A stretch of DNA of 64,000 bases from Azolla caroliniana (GCA_043228905.1 JBHGNT010000017.1:7440001-7504000), one strand, 5' to 3'; positions 24,285 through 36,063 are shown, counted from the first letter of the stretch. Program-made: numbers and translations. Notes: generated by a model not told the origin, from the sequence alone.

Positions 24285-27200
24285 TCAATCTATAAGCAAA
24301 TCAGGCAGAGCAGGCTCCTTTGGCGCTGATTGTTCTAGACTGTTTTCATTCGTGTCATCTCCAAGCTCTCCCGAATCTGATGTATGGTCAAACTGTGCTA
24401 CATCTTCCAGGTCCACCAGCTCCCTTGCTTCTTCATCAATTGGTTCCATTGGTTCTCGTGAAGTCATCTGGAACATCTCTGTCTCGTTGATGTGTTTTGC
24501 TCCGACTTCTTTATCCTGATCTGGACAGTCCCAGATTCCTGTGATCCTCATTTTGATGAAGTTAACTTGAGCAGGGTCCTTCTCCAATGCAACACAGTTT
24601 CTAAACATCTTCAATGCACAAGCTGTCGTTGTACCTAATGGTCGCATGAACAAAAACAAGTATATATAAGAAGTAACGTCTTAAACTTGATAGACAAGAT
24701 TGAAATTAAATATATATATTATACCTGTGCCAGAGATCAAGTCTAGGACCCAATCATCTGGATTCGAGAAGAGCTCTATGAGGCGGTTGATCAATCTTTG
24801 AGGTTTTTGATAAGGGTTCACCATACTTTTATCCCCTGACACATGTCTTAATTTTTTGGTTACAGCTGGGCACATGATGTAGTTAACCACGTTACGCTCA
24901 TTGACATGTGCTCTAGCCTTCTTCTTTGTAATTGAATCATAGTAGCCCACACAAAAATGTTCGACCGCACTAACCATTCGATCGCCAGGGCTACGTGTAA
25001 TATTTGTTTTGATCCTATAGAGAAAGAAAATCAAGTATTAGAGGTGTAAATGTGTACATATAATAAGAAGTACTGTAATGAGTAAAAGCGAACTATAACA
25101 CACCAATGCATGTGTTCAGTGGCATGACAACGGGACTTCAAAGCTGTTGTGACTGATAGTGATTGCCCCATGCTATGAAATATGACTATCCTCCACAAGG
25201 GGGCCAATGTCAGTTCTGCAAAATCCTTTACCATTTTCTCGATCTGAGGGTGCTTGAAAGGCACATCATCATATGTTGATCCCGCAATACGGAAACCATA
25301 TGGTATGTCAGCTATCAGCAAAGTGTAGTGCCTTCTCGGTAACAGTTCGAGCATCTGGGATAATTCGCCATTGAAAACACTATAATGAAGCTGTTTGAAA
25401 GGATCAGACCTATGCAAAAAACTCTTTACAGTCTCCGAATCCTCGGGCAGTTCCATTTCCTTCCCTTTGGTCATTCTCTTCTCATATTTCGCACGTTCTA
25501 AGTGCGTGATGAAGGCCGCTGGAATACCATCATTATTGTCGTTGTTCTTTTTCGATTTTGATGGTTTCTGCAAGTGTCATTGTTGTTAGCAGGGAACATT
25601 ACTTTCTAACATATCAACATTCAAAAGACACATACCCATTCTCTAAATACAATAAAATATTCCTCCAATGCCTTGTAGGAAGAAGTTATCGAGCAGGCTT
25701 GTTCAACTTCTTCCCATGTCGGTAAACTCAGTTTTTGCATCATCAACTCCTGAATCTTCATGTATACCTTGTGACTGCACAATCAATATGAAATTAGAAA
25801 TAAGATATTCAAAATAATTGAAGACTTTCATGAAAAGGTATACTATAAACACTTACTTTTGCAAGTCTGTTACCATCTCGTCCAAACTAAATTCCTTGGC
25901 GACCACTCGAGATAGCACGGATATTAACAATCTATCATGTTTGATACCTTGTAATGATCTCCAAGGTAAAAGTTTCATGTCCTCTGGTAACTCCTCAATT
26001 ACCAAGTCGCTTTTTCCCTTGGTCTTTGATTTCATCTCAACTTGTGGATCAATTCTTCCCTTTTCTGATCTTTGCCCCTTGACTTCTTTCCACTCCCACA
26101 TAGAGAATATTTTGTCTTGGAGATCCCACACCTCTCCGGTCTGAAAAGCTAGTTGAAACCAAGAATCATATTTTCGGAGACCTTCGGATTTGGTACTCAC
26201 ATCCACTGCAATCCCTACTTCCAATAAACACTGACGTCGCAATCCAGGCCACAATCTTGGACCAAAACGATTCAAGGCATCGAGGTATTAATGATGAAAA
26301 AATCTTATCCTCTGTATACATGACATCTTTTGCCTATAATCGTTGTCATTGTTATGGTCCCATGCGAGCAGCTTCGCCTCCTCGTGAGTTAGTCCTGCAT
26401 ATACCTTACATTCGGCGTATTTGAAGAACGACGTGAGAGGATATTCTTTGACAAGATGTCCTCGAGCTTCGGCCGAATGTGATCGTCCGATTACATAGTA
26501 TGTGTAATCGTCTGCAGAGCTATGCTTGAAATCTGCTATTGTTGGGCATTGTTCTTGATCAACCATTACCAAAAATGGCACCACAGTAGCGTGAGGATTG
26601 ATTTTCATTTTGCTTTTCAGGTTTTGCACATGGACGGAGTGCAGCTCCCTAATTTCCAAGGGACGTCTTCCAGTCACGAGGTCAATGGGGGGCCTTTGGA
26701 TAGAAGTAATGGGCAAATGAAATACCTGGCCCCTGCGCACAAGTTTAGTCTTCACAATATTTTCTCTTATTTTATTTTGTTCTGACGTCAGGACACCAGA
26801 AGATAGTTGTCCACCTGGAGCCACGACGTCGACTTGTTGGTCGTCTTCTTCTTCCACGAACTCTAATATTTCTTCTTCTTCTTCTTCAGGTCGTGGTCGT
26901 TTAGTATATTTCTTTTGAACAGGATTTGTCTTCCTAGACTTTTTCGGTGGAGTTTCTGCTTCACCGGTCATCATCTCTCCTGTCACGTACGGCCGAAGAG
27001 CTACCAACAAGTTATTTTTCGTTTGCAGGTCTTTATGCAAAGCCTTGGGATTGCAAGATTCGGGTACTAGGTTTCCCTCATCAAGTCGCAATCGCCTGTT
27101 GCCAACTGAGCTTGAGACGTCGATTAAAATACTTGTAGAGTCAATGTCTTCGTACTCTAGCTTGGTTACATGCCCGTAATTAAATGTTTTTCCAAGCTAA

Positions 27201-27869
27201 AGTTTCCCTTCCCTGTCCGATTTTGTCGTTATCAATAACAACACCCCATCCTCCTCGACATAAGAGAGACACCATTCAAGTTCGGGGTAATCCTTATATT
27301 TCACCTCAACCGTTTTCTCCTCTTGCGTACTACCTTTGTTGATTTTGGTAGTAGCTATAGATGACTTGGATCCTCCTTCCCCCGTTGAGTCAAATAAATT
27401 CTTTTTACTCGTGTCCTTCATGAAGGAGCCAGAATCTCGTTTTATCGAAGATCGAATCTTCAATCTAAATGAAGGAACTTTTTGTCTGGGTTCACTGAAA
27501 TTAAAAACGTTGGTGAAAACATAGAAACAACGTACAATTTTATCTAAATCACGCAAATTATCATTTAAATTACGTCAATTTTATGGTCCCATGCGATAGT
27601 TTTTTATCGCAAAAACAACATTTTTTTCAACCAAAATCCGATGCACTGCATCGGATTTGCGTTGCAAGGCAGGACCTTCAACCAAAATCCGATGCACTAC
27701 ATCGGATTTTGGTTGAAGGTCCTGGCTTTCAGAATTGCTTTCCAAGTTCGTTGTACAAAATAAAATAAAATTTCTATGTGTTGAGGAAAGGAATCTTTAA
27801 GGAATCTTTAGGAATCTTAAAAAATGTAATGAATATTACTAACCTGACGATTTTCTTTCCCTTGTTCAT
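24285..27869 (-). pseudogene. Six-exon ParB/Srx-like domain + beta-class N4C/N6A DNA methyltransferase (about 968 aa, two premature stops)
   Basis: GT-AG exons 27869-27844, 27494-25857, 25774-25636, 25567-25104, 25014-24725 and 24634-24285 splice in frame. Motif IV LIADIPY precedes NPYQKP..VLDLISGTGTT..R..ALEKD (motifs X/I/II). ParB-like YYVIGRSHSAEAR..EEAKLLAWDHN. Stops at 27197-27199 and 26288-26290. Confidence 0.85.
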
Positions 27870-28166
27870 GGTTCGTGCCGGAGGTAGTGTTGTCCACGAT
27901 GTGCTTCTGAGTGCTCGAAAATTGGCCTGTGCTCTGAGCTCGATGGATTCTTTCACGTGATAATGAAAATGAAATTTCTAACCTCCTTATATAGAAGACT
28001 TTAGCATTCTTTTTAAAATAGAAAATAATTTTTAATTATTTGTTTTTTAGGAAAATTTCGGAAAATAATATACTTAATCTAAGTGTTCGGGTAGTTATAT
28101 AGTTAGGCTTCAGCATTCCTTAATTTTCTCAAAAGAAGGTTTTAGAATACAGTTAGACTCCCTCAA

Positions 28167-30839
28167 ATGTCTTCTTCTACAAGTAGAACATCTCTTTTTT
28201 CTATTGCCCCCTTTTCATTGTCAGACAACTCGTATTTCTCAATAGAAGAGTACGACTACAAAAAACATTCGCGGCTTAAACAGAAAAGTGTGGCTCCTAG
28301 TACTTCGAATTCTCTATTTTCAATTGATCCTATAGATGGCCCTCTTCATGCAAGCTTACAAGCGGACGATTCTTCGTCGATAGATAACAACAGCATTACT
28401 AAACCTCTAGCATTTAAAAGAGTTCCTCGACAAGTTAGTGAAAAGAGATTTAATTTCTTATGTTCTGATCGTCAACTTCTATGCGACTTGAACAAATCGT
28501 GTTGTGCGAATCTTTGTCTATCAACTTATGGAAAGTCAAGGTTACGTGAAACACGACAAAAATACTTGTCGCTTAATGGGGAAGAGCAAGATACATTTCT
28601 TCTTTCGCATATGCAACTTAAATTGGATCACAAAGCAGGGCCTAATTCAACGCAAGTTGAATATTTCCTTGGACTATATACCATGTGTTGTCGAGCAGCT
28701 TTTAAAATCACTCATAGCATTGGAAATATGCGGCTGCAACGAGTTCAAGAGCGACTTGTGAGGGGCTCCTGGGTACAGTTCGATCGAAATGGTTCTGGAT
28801 GTAAGGGTCAAATTGGGCAGTATGCAATTAGGTGGATGGAGGTATATTTTTCAAAACAGTGCGAAGTTATGCCAACGACAGGAAGACTTCATTTGTCAGA
28901 TAACTTTACTCGAAGGAAAGTTTACCTATCGTACAAGGACGACATGTCTTCCGATGTTGAGCCTTACATACAGTACAGGCATTTTAATCGACTATGGAGG
29001 TTACAATTTAATAACGTGGTTATCCCACGAAAGGTGCGAATGGGAGTCTGCTCAATATGTGCGAGTTTAAAAAGTATGGCCAAGGGTGGAAAATCAGATG
29101 TAGAGATCAAGAATTACAAGAACCTGTTAAAAGAACATCGTGAAAGTCAGGCATTGGAACGTACTAAGGCTATGCATCACCGACAAAAAGCATTTCAATC
29201 TCCCGAAAAGTATATGTGCATGATTATTGACGGCATGGATCAAAAGAAAACTTGTTTGCCACATTTTCAAAGACTCCCCAAGGATATTGGAGATGAGTGT
29301 CTCGTGCAAATGCATCTAGTGGGTTGTTTGACATACTGTCAAACTATAAGACCGCAAGTGTTCTTAACTTATCCCAATATTCACAATGACCCTAATCTTA
29401 CTGTCACTGTCATGCACAGGGTATTGCAATCATGGTCAGGTATACTCCCACCAGTTCTATATGTGCAACTAGACAACACAGCAAGAGAGAATAAGAACTC
29501 AACTGTCTTCGGCTATCTAAGCATGCTAGTAGAGAGGGGCATATTTAAAAAGATAAAGGTTAACTTCTTGTTGGTTGGTCATACCCATGATCACATAGAT
29601 CAAATGTTCAGTAGGTTCTCAAAGAAACTTGCTCGGTGTAATGCTTTCACACTTCCCACGCTATCCAAATTGATTAGTGAAGCATATACACCAAAGCCTG
29701 AAGTACAACACTTGGAAGAAGTATACGACTTTAAACGTTTTTGCATGGATAGTGACGGGACTAAAGGTAGGGTGCTTGCACCTCTTAATAATATAAGTTT
29801 CAACCATGTCTTCCTCATAAAACAAAGATCGGCCCACCTGAAGATGACGGTGTTGTTTGCGAAACAATACTCATCTAGTGCACAATGGGAGCCCCAAGAA
29901 GGTTGTAGGCTCCTTCTTCATATCCCAGATGAACCTCTACATCGTGCACAACAAATGCCATATGATGATCGTAAAAATGTAGCACCAAATAGTACTATTG
30001 ATGAACAAAGGGCATATTGGTTGAGATGTCTAGTAGAGAAACAAAATAATATTGATCGGACTAAGAAGTATGCCGGTGATGAGGATGTTGAATGGTGGGA
30101 GATTTTCTTCACCCATCAACGCACCATTTTAGATAATTACATCACCGGTTTATGGCCAATCCGTATCCCATTCACATGGAACATTGGGATGACATCAACG
30201 ATATCGCAGACTCATCACCAACAATCGAATAATATGGAGCTTCATGATTTAGTTCGGCCACTGCAAAGAGATATTTATGTGGGACCAAGAAAGTCACGTA
30301 CTGTTGAGGCAAGATGGCAAAATAATTTGCAAGAACTACAAGTGGGAATGTTGGTTGCAACATTAGCAGGGGACGATACCTTGGGCCATCCATTTTGGAT
30401 TGCAAAAATTATTGAATTAGTAAGGGATGAAGAAAGTAGTCAGACAAAGTCAATAGTAGTCCATTGGTATCAGACAAATTCAACTGATGCATTTACAGGA
30501 AAGTATTCTTTAGAGATGGTTAAGGATGTCGGATGTTCAAGCAGAAAGAGAAGAAGAAAGAATATACCGAGCACGGCTACTCTCGCACTAGACCGTGTTG
30601 ACATACTAGTATATGACTTCTCATTGACAAAATCAGGTCATCTAAGACAAGCAACTATCAAGATAATAAAGGAGAAAATCGCAAACATGGTGTCAAACGA
30701 AATACAGAGAATAACCAGAAGCAATTCTCATAACCACAAAGATGTTGGGTTGGAATTGGATGAGGATAATGCTTTGATTGCCACTGATGATGAGGATGAG
30801 ACGTCAGAATGCTCTTCTAGTCCATCAGACATGTCTTAA
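28167..30839 (+). CDS. Sola-like DDD/E transposase (890 aa) with C-terminal BAH/Tudor-like domain
   Basis: CSIC, IIDGMDQ, VQLDNTARENKN and FLLVGHTHDHIDQMFS motifs. C-terminal PFWIAKI..VVHWY. Intact ORF inside the TIRs. Confidence 0.85.
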   Translation: MSSSTSRTSLFSIAPFSLSDNSYFSIEEYDYKKHSRLKQKSVAPSTSNSLFSIDPIDGPLHASLQADDSSSIDNNSITKPLAFKRVPRQVSEKRFNFLCSDRQLLCDLNKSCCANLCLSTYGKSRLRETRQKYLSLNGEEQDTFLLSHMQLKLDHKAGPNSTQVEYFLGLYTMCCRAAFKITHSIGNMRLQRVQERLVRGSWVQFDRNGSGCKGQIGQYAIRWMEVYFSKQCEVMPTTGRLHLSDNFTRRKVYLSYKDDMSSDVEPYIQYRHFNRLWRLQFNNVVIPRKVRMGVCSICASLKSMAKGGKSDVEIKNYKNLLKEHRESQALERTKAMHHRQKAFQSPEKYMCMIIDGMDQKKTCLPHFQRLPKDIGDECLVQMHLVGCLTYCQTIRPQVFLTYPNIHNDPNLTVTVMHRVLQSWSGILPPVLYVQLDNTARENKNSTVFGYLSMLVERGIFKKIKVNFLLVGHTHDHIDQMFSRFSKKLARCNAFTLPTLSKLISEAYTPKPEVQHLEEVYDFKRFCMDSDGTKGRVLAPLNNISFNHVFLIKQRSAHLKMTVLFAKQYSSSAQWEPQEGCRLLLHIPDEPLHRAQQMPYDDRKNVAPNSTIDEQRAYWLRCLVEKQNNIDRTKKYAGDEDVEWWEIFFTHQRTILDNYITGLWPIRIPFTWNIGMTSTISQTHHQQSNNMELHDLVRPLQRDIYVGPRKSRTVEARWQNNLQELQVGMLVATLAGDDTLGHPFWIAKIIELVRDEESSQTKSIVVHWYQTNSTDAFTGKYSLEMVKDVGCSSRKRRRKNIPSTATLALDRVDILVYDFSLTKSGHLRQATIKIIKEKIANMVSNEIQRITRSNSHNHKDVGLELDEDNALIATDDEDETSECSSSPSDMS

Positions 30840-31166
30840 TATATTGGTTTGGTTCAAGCTGGGGATTGTTTTACTACATGATCGGAAACTTTGTAAATTT
30901 GTTTTGGATGTAAACTCACGAATATGTATAATTGTAACTAGTAGACATGTTGTACATTATTTTGTAATTTTGGTGATGTATTTTTGGAGGCATTTTACTT
31001 ATGACTCAAAGTGGTAGTCATGTTGAAATTCAATATATTTTACCACCTTTTTTGAAAAGCTTTACGCATGCGTCGTGTCTTTTTGAAAACTGCGTGCTTT
31101 TGTGCCCTTTTTCGACGTAGTGTTCTCATAATGCGACATATTACCTGTTTCAAATGACCCGGTGTT

Positions 31167-34100
31167 CGACACGCTTAGGACCAACGTGGTGTACCTCTGG
31201 AACGGGCGGGTGCACGCGAGCGAGACCCGGAGAGCCCTAGAACTAAATACGGGGCGCGGCGGAATGAGGAGGTTGATGGAAGAGGCCGCGGCACGGCACG
31301 TTGAAGTCGTTAACTACTCAGTGTCGGCGGGAATTCGGGTCGGGGGTGACGAGACCCGGAAGGCGAAGGACTCCGGATTCTAGCCGCTAGTGCTAGAAGG
31401 CCTCTCCGGGGTTCGGGTGAAGAAGGAAGAGGCGGACCGCGCGATACAACAGGTCTAGGAGGTCACCGGTTGGGACGATCCGTTCGAAGAGAAAACGGGC
31501 TTCGTAGAAGCCGCTTGCCAGAACTACGAGGTTCTGGTGGAAGACAAACGGGTAGGAAAGGCCGGAGGGGTCGGTCCCCCACAGAGGTATGAGACCCGGT
31601 TCGGACCGAAACCAACCGGTGCCCGCAACCTAGGCGCATCGGACGGGAAGAAACAGGCATGGTTCCGGTTGAGCACCGAAATCGAAAGGACCACAGACCT
31701 TTGAAAGGTCCTGGAGGAACGTATCCTCGACAACAAAGTGGAGTTGTCGCTGAGGGAAGTGCTCGGGATCGCCAAGAAGGAGTTCCACGACTCCATCGTA
31801 GACTTGGTGAAGAGGAAAATTTTGTTGACGGAGTACGGAAGAAGACCTCTACCATAGGTAGGAAATTTTGGTTCTCCAACAACGGAGGTTGTACTATGGC
31901 TGGCGTCAACGAGCGGAGGAGCGGCTTAGGGGATGCGGAGTCCTCTTCCCCGACGAAGACATCAGCGGCGCCGTGGAGGCGGTCTCTTTTGACGACACCT
32001 TGGGCAAGTTGGGAAAGGTGATCTGTGAAGACCTTAGAGAAGACCGGACCGTTCCGGTAGGTTCGATGGGAATGTACGAAGTCATTGCGGACTTTGGGGA
32101 AAGGATCGGGTCGGATCGGACGGCCCGCGTCGATACAAAGTACAAGACTATGGACCGGAAGGTGAGGCCAGTCGCAGCACCCTTGCCGGAGGGCAGCGAG
32201 GAGCGGATAAAGGGGCTCGCGTCGGACCCAAGTTTACGGAATCCGGCTGGCATAGGGCACCGGTTCACTGACATAACGCTACGGGAGCTCAAGGTTGGTG
32301 GGGGTGGCTTTCTACTACCGACGGAGGAGAACAGGTTTCGGAAAATGCTCGGAAGACATGGGAAAGCCTTCCCATTCTTGCCAGAGGAGATCGGGTGCAT
32401 GGACCCGACGATCGTCAAACCGATGGTGATCTTCACGGTACCGCATGTACCATGGAATCTCAAAACCGATTCCGGTGCCGAGAGCTCACATCCCGAAGTT
32501 GATGGAGATTCTAAAGCAAAAGGTGGAGATGGGCATCCTCGAACCGTCGAGTGCCCCGTATTTGAATCGGTGGTTTACGATGCCGAAGAAGAACGGCACG
32601 CTGCGCTTCATTCAGGACCTGCAACCGGTCAACAAGGTGACCATCCGTAACGCAGGAATCGGACCGACCATAGACGAGTTCGCGGAGGCCCTCGCTGGAA
32701 GGTCGATCTATTCGATCGGTGACTTATACTCAGGGTACGACCAGTTCCAGCTAGCTGTGGAAAGCAGGGAAATCACGACGATGCGAACTCCTCTCAGCCT
32801 TGTACGAATATGTACCCTACCACAAGGCGGGACAAATTTAGTGGCGCATATGGTGAATGCATTGAACAAGGTGCTAAGGGATTGCATCCCGGACATCACC
32901 ATGCCATTCTTGGACAATATCTCGATAAAGGGGTGTTTGGTGGATGACGTAGACGAGACTGTCGAGCTAGACGGATGCCAGAGGTTCATCGTGAACCACA
33001 TCAACGACTGTGAGAAGGTGCTGTAGAGGCTCGAAAACGCACAACTCACCTTCTTCGGAGAAAAATCGGCGTTCGGATAGTCGGAGATCCTGGTGGTCGG
33101 ACACCTTTGCGGGCCCTACGGTAGGAAACTGTCTCCGGCAAAGGTAGAGGCCATCTCCGGGATGAGGGACGATTGCGGGTCGGTCACGGAGGTCCGCGGA
33201 TTCTTGGGAGCATGTGCGTTCTACCACATCTGGATTCCGCACTATGCGGATGTTGCGGAGCCTCTCTACGGGCTATTGAAGAAACGGCGTCGGTTCGAGT
33301 GGAGGACAGAGCACACGGAGTCGGTCCGGAGACTAAAGGAGGTGCTTACGGTAGCACCGGCCCTTTGTAAAGCGGTTTACGGCAAGGGTGTCCCCATTTG
33401 CGTAACGGTGGACACGAGCCCGACCGGGATCGGGTGGGTAATCAGTCAGGAGGACAAGGACGGCATACGATTCCCGATCCGGTTCGGGGCGAAGGTATTG
33501 AGCAAGCGGCAGTGAGGATACGCCCAAGTTAAGCGCGACCTTTGGGGTATCGTTTCGGCAGTCAAGGCCAACAAGGACTATCTGATCGGGACAGAGGTGA
33601 TCATCGAGACGGACTGCCTGCCGATACTCAGCATGGTTTCCAGATGCGCGACACCGGACCTAACAATGCTCCGGTGGATAGCGTACATTAAGTCCTTGAA
33701 CCCGGAGATCCGGCACATCTTTGGAAAGGACAACGCCATGGCCGACATGCTTTCGAGAGCGAGGTTCAACGACGAAGACGGCATGGTTTCGGATGACGAA
33801 GAAGTCGGCGAGGACTTCTTCGGGTCGGCTAACGTAACGACGAGGAAAGGGGACACTCCGGCGCTCAACGAATTTGACGAAAGCAGGTACGACGGGGAGT
33901 GGCTCCAAATCGGGAGGTTCCTACGGACAATGACGCCTGACGCAGCATGAACGAGAGAAGAGGCAAGCCGGGTACGGAAGAAGGCGTACCGATTCTTCCT
34001 GCACGACGAGCGCATATGGAGGCACCCAAAGAAGAGAAACGAAATCCTGGTCCGAGTAGTGGCAAAGAAAGAAGAACAGGAGGAACTACTGGCGGCATTT

Positions 34101-35207
34101 CACGAGAGTTCCTGGGCCGGGCACCGCGGAACGTGGGCCACATTCGAGAAGCTGAAGGAGAAGTACTAGTGGCCGGGGCTGTACCAGGATGTGCATCGGT
34201 TCGTAATGACTTGTGAAAGCTGTCAAATGCACTCCATAGTCCGACATCGGGACGAGCTACACCTGACTTACCCGCCTGCGGTCCATTTCAAGTGGATGGT
34301 GGACTTGGTGACGATGCTGATGGGGGTAGGACAGATGCAATACCTGGTGCTTGCGCAGGAAGACTTAATGAACTAGGTGGAAGGCCATGCACTGCAGAAC
34401 AAGACGACCGCGGCGTTATGCCGGTTCCTAATCGAAGAGGTAGTGTGTCAGTACGGGTGCATCGGGAAGATCGTGGCGGACCAGGAAGAGCTGGATGCGC
34501 GAGAAGTTGAGGAGCTATTCGACCGGTTGGGCGTCAAACTCTCCCTCACTACGGCATACAATCCGGTGGAGAACGGGAAGGTAGAACGTGGGCACGGGCC
34601 GATCATAAAGGCGTTGGTGCGTGCATGCAGAGGGCAGGTCAGGAATTGGCCGCGACTCCTTCCTTATGCACTATGGGCAGACTTTATGCCGGCAAAGCTG
34701 ATGTAGGACAGAAGCCAATCATGCCGGTGGAACGGACAGTCTCTTCGTGGGCGGCAGTAGATTGCAAGGACGAGATGAGCCGGGAGGAGTTGCTGCGGTG
34801 CGGATTCGGAAACTCGAGCAGAGGCTGGAGGACATAAAAAGGGCGAAGGAAAAGTTGCGGGCGGCAAGGGAGCGGAACAAGACCCGGTTCAACCGGACAC
34901 ACCGGTTGCGACTGAAGAAGATCGAGGAAGGCGACCGGGTCTTGGTGTACGACAACAACCTCGACAATCAGCACAAGGTGGTGCGAAAGTTTGTTAGGAG
35001 GTGGTTTGGGCCCTACACGGTGACGAGCGCGAACGACAACGACACGTACCACCTCGCGGAACTCAACGGATACGACTAATAGTGCCGGTTGCCGGGAAGC
35101 GGATCAAAGTGTTCAAGAAGCGGTTTGAAGACCAGCCGAAGCCTGCGAGCGGGAGCGACAACGATGATCGGTTCGGCCCCAGCGGAGAATCGGAGAGTGA
35201 CGAGTGA
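31167..35207 (+). pseudogene. Gypsy D gag end, RT, RNase H and integrase, with many stops and frameshifts
   Basis: DLYSGYDQF, PFLDNISIKG, VDTSPTGIG, WMVDLV, WFGPY. Collinear with Gypsy A. Confidence 0.9.
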
Positions 35208-35934
35208 AGCCGGTTTTCTTCGGTATCTACCCGTCTCTAGTGCATGCCGGTGGATATGCGGTTTGGTTGGGGTGCATGTCGTGAAGAAAACCGGCCATAG
35301 GCGGAATCAGACAAAAAGGTGCATGAACGGGCTCTTACACGGATGGACGCGTGAATTGATATTTTGATATCGATTCATAAATGGATCGGCTGATGTAAAT
35401 ACTAAGTAGTACACATTTATGAGGGGATTGTGTGCATCTCTGTCAGGAGGGGACAAGGAATAAAGCGATTTGACTAGGGAAAAAGGGGCACCCCCTTTTG
35501 GGAACTATTTAAGGAGAGGTAAGAAGGAGAGGGGGGGGATTGCGTGTTGGCGAGGACGAAGTGCTGCTGCAGAACCGAGTGTCGAGCTCTCTCTCTCCCC
35601 CCCCTCCACCAATCGTCGTTCTCTGCGGGTGTCGGGAGTTCGCTGACTTTGCTTCGTGGACAGCCTGTGTGCTTCCAGTAGAGTCTCTCTCCGTCCCCTT
35701 TACCCTTTTGTTTCGGGTCGGTGTGCGTGAGTAGGACCCCGTGTCGGGTCCATTACCGGGTTGCCAGTTGTAAGCTATTGACTAAAGTAATCGGATTCTT
35801 GTTTTCCTTGCTCTTCATCTCTCTCTGTGTACATGCATCTCCTTCTCTCTTTCTCTCTCTCTCGCTCTCTCTCCTTCGTCTGAGACCACCGTGGTCCCGC
35901 CTCTTTCGACACGCGCGTGCGTAACAACGGGACA

Positions 35935-36060
35935 CCGTAGTAAGGACTTTGTAGTCGTGGTCACTTTTGGTTGTTTTTATTCGTAACATTTGCACCATAT
36001 TAGAGTCAAGAAAATTATGAGTGCTACCACAATCAAATAGTATAGTTATACTTTGCAGCC
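35935..36060 (-). pseudogene. Gypsy E aspartic protease fragment
   Basis: ITILFDCGSTHNFLDS, which joins 21901 across element D. Confidence 0.8.
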
Positions 36061-36063
36061 GCG

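Larger units (their letters stand above)
23522..31166. mobile_element. Sola-like TIR DNA transposon copy 1 carrying a ParB-amino-methyltransferase cargo gene
   Basis: Perfect 33-bp TIRs AACACCGGGTCATTTGAAACAGGTAATATGTCG (23522-23554/31134-31166). TSD CGAC. Host gag frame DFAD|TLRTN is restored on removal. Confidence 0.93.
21902..35934 (+). mobile_element. Ty3/Gypsy D (same tRNA-Trp-primed group as A), degenerate, hosting DNA transposon copy 1
   Basis: LTRs at 21902-22555 and 35277-35934. PBS TGGTGAACCCGATGTGA at 22560-22576. TSD CCAT/CCGT. gag at 22600-23521 and 31167 onward; RT-RH-INT at ~32100-35200. Confidence 0.92.

Noticed and set aside
25290-25325. Calling the enzyme specifically a 4mC or a 6mA writer
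   Set aside because: DIPY is a variant of (D/N/S)PP(Y/F). The target base cannot be determined from the motif alone.
24285-27869. Bacterial or phage contamination as the source of the ParB-MTase
   Set aside because: The gene has five GT-AG introns conserved in two copies and sits within TIR/TSD-bounded elements nested in plant-type retrotransposons.
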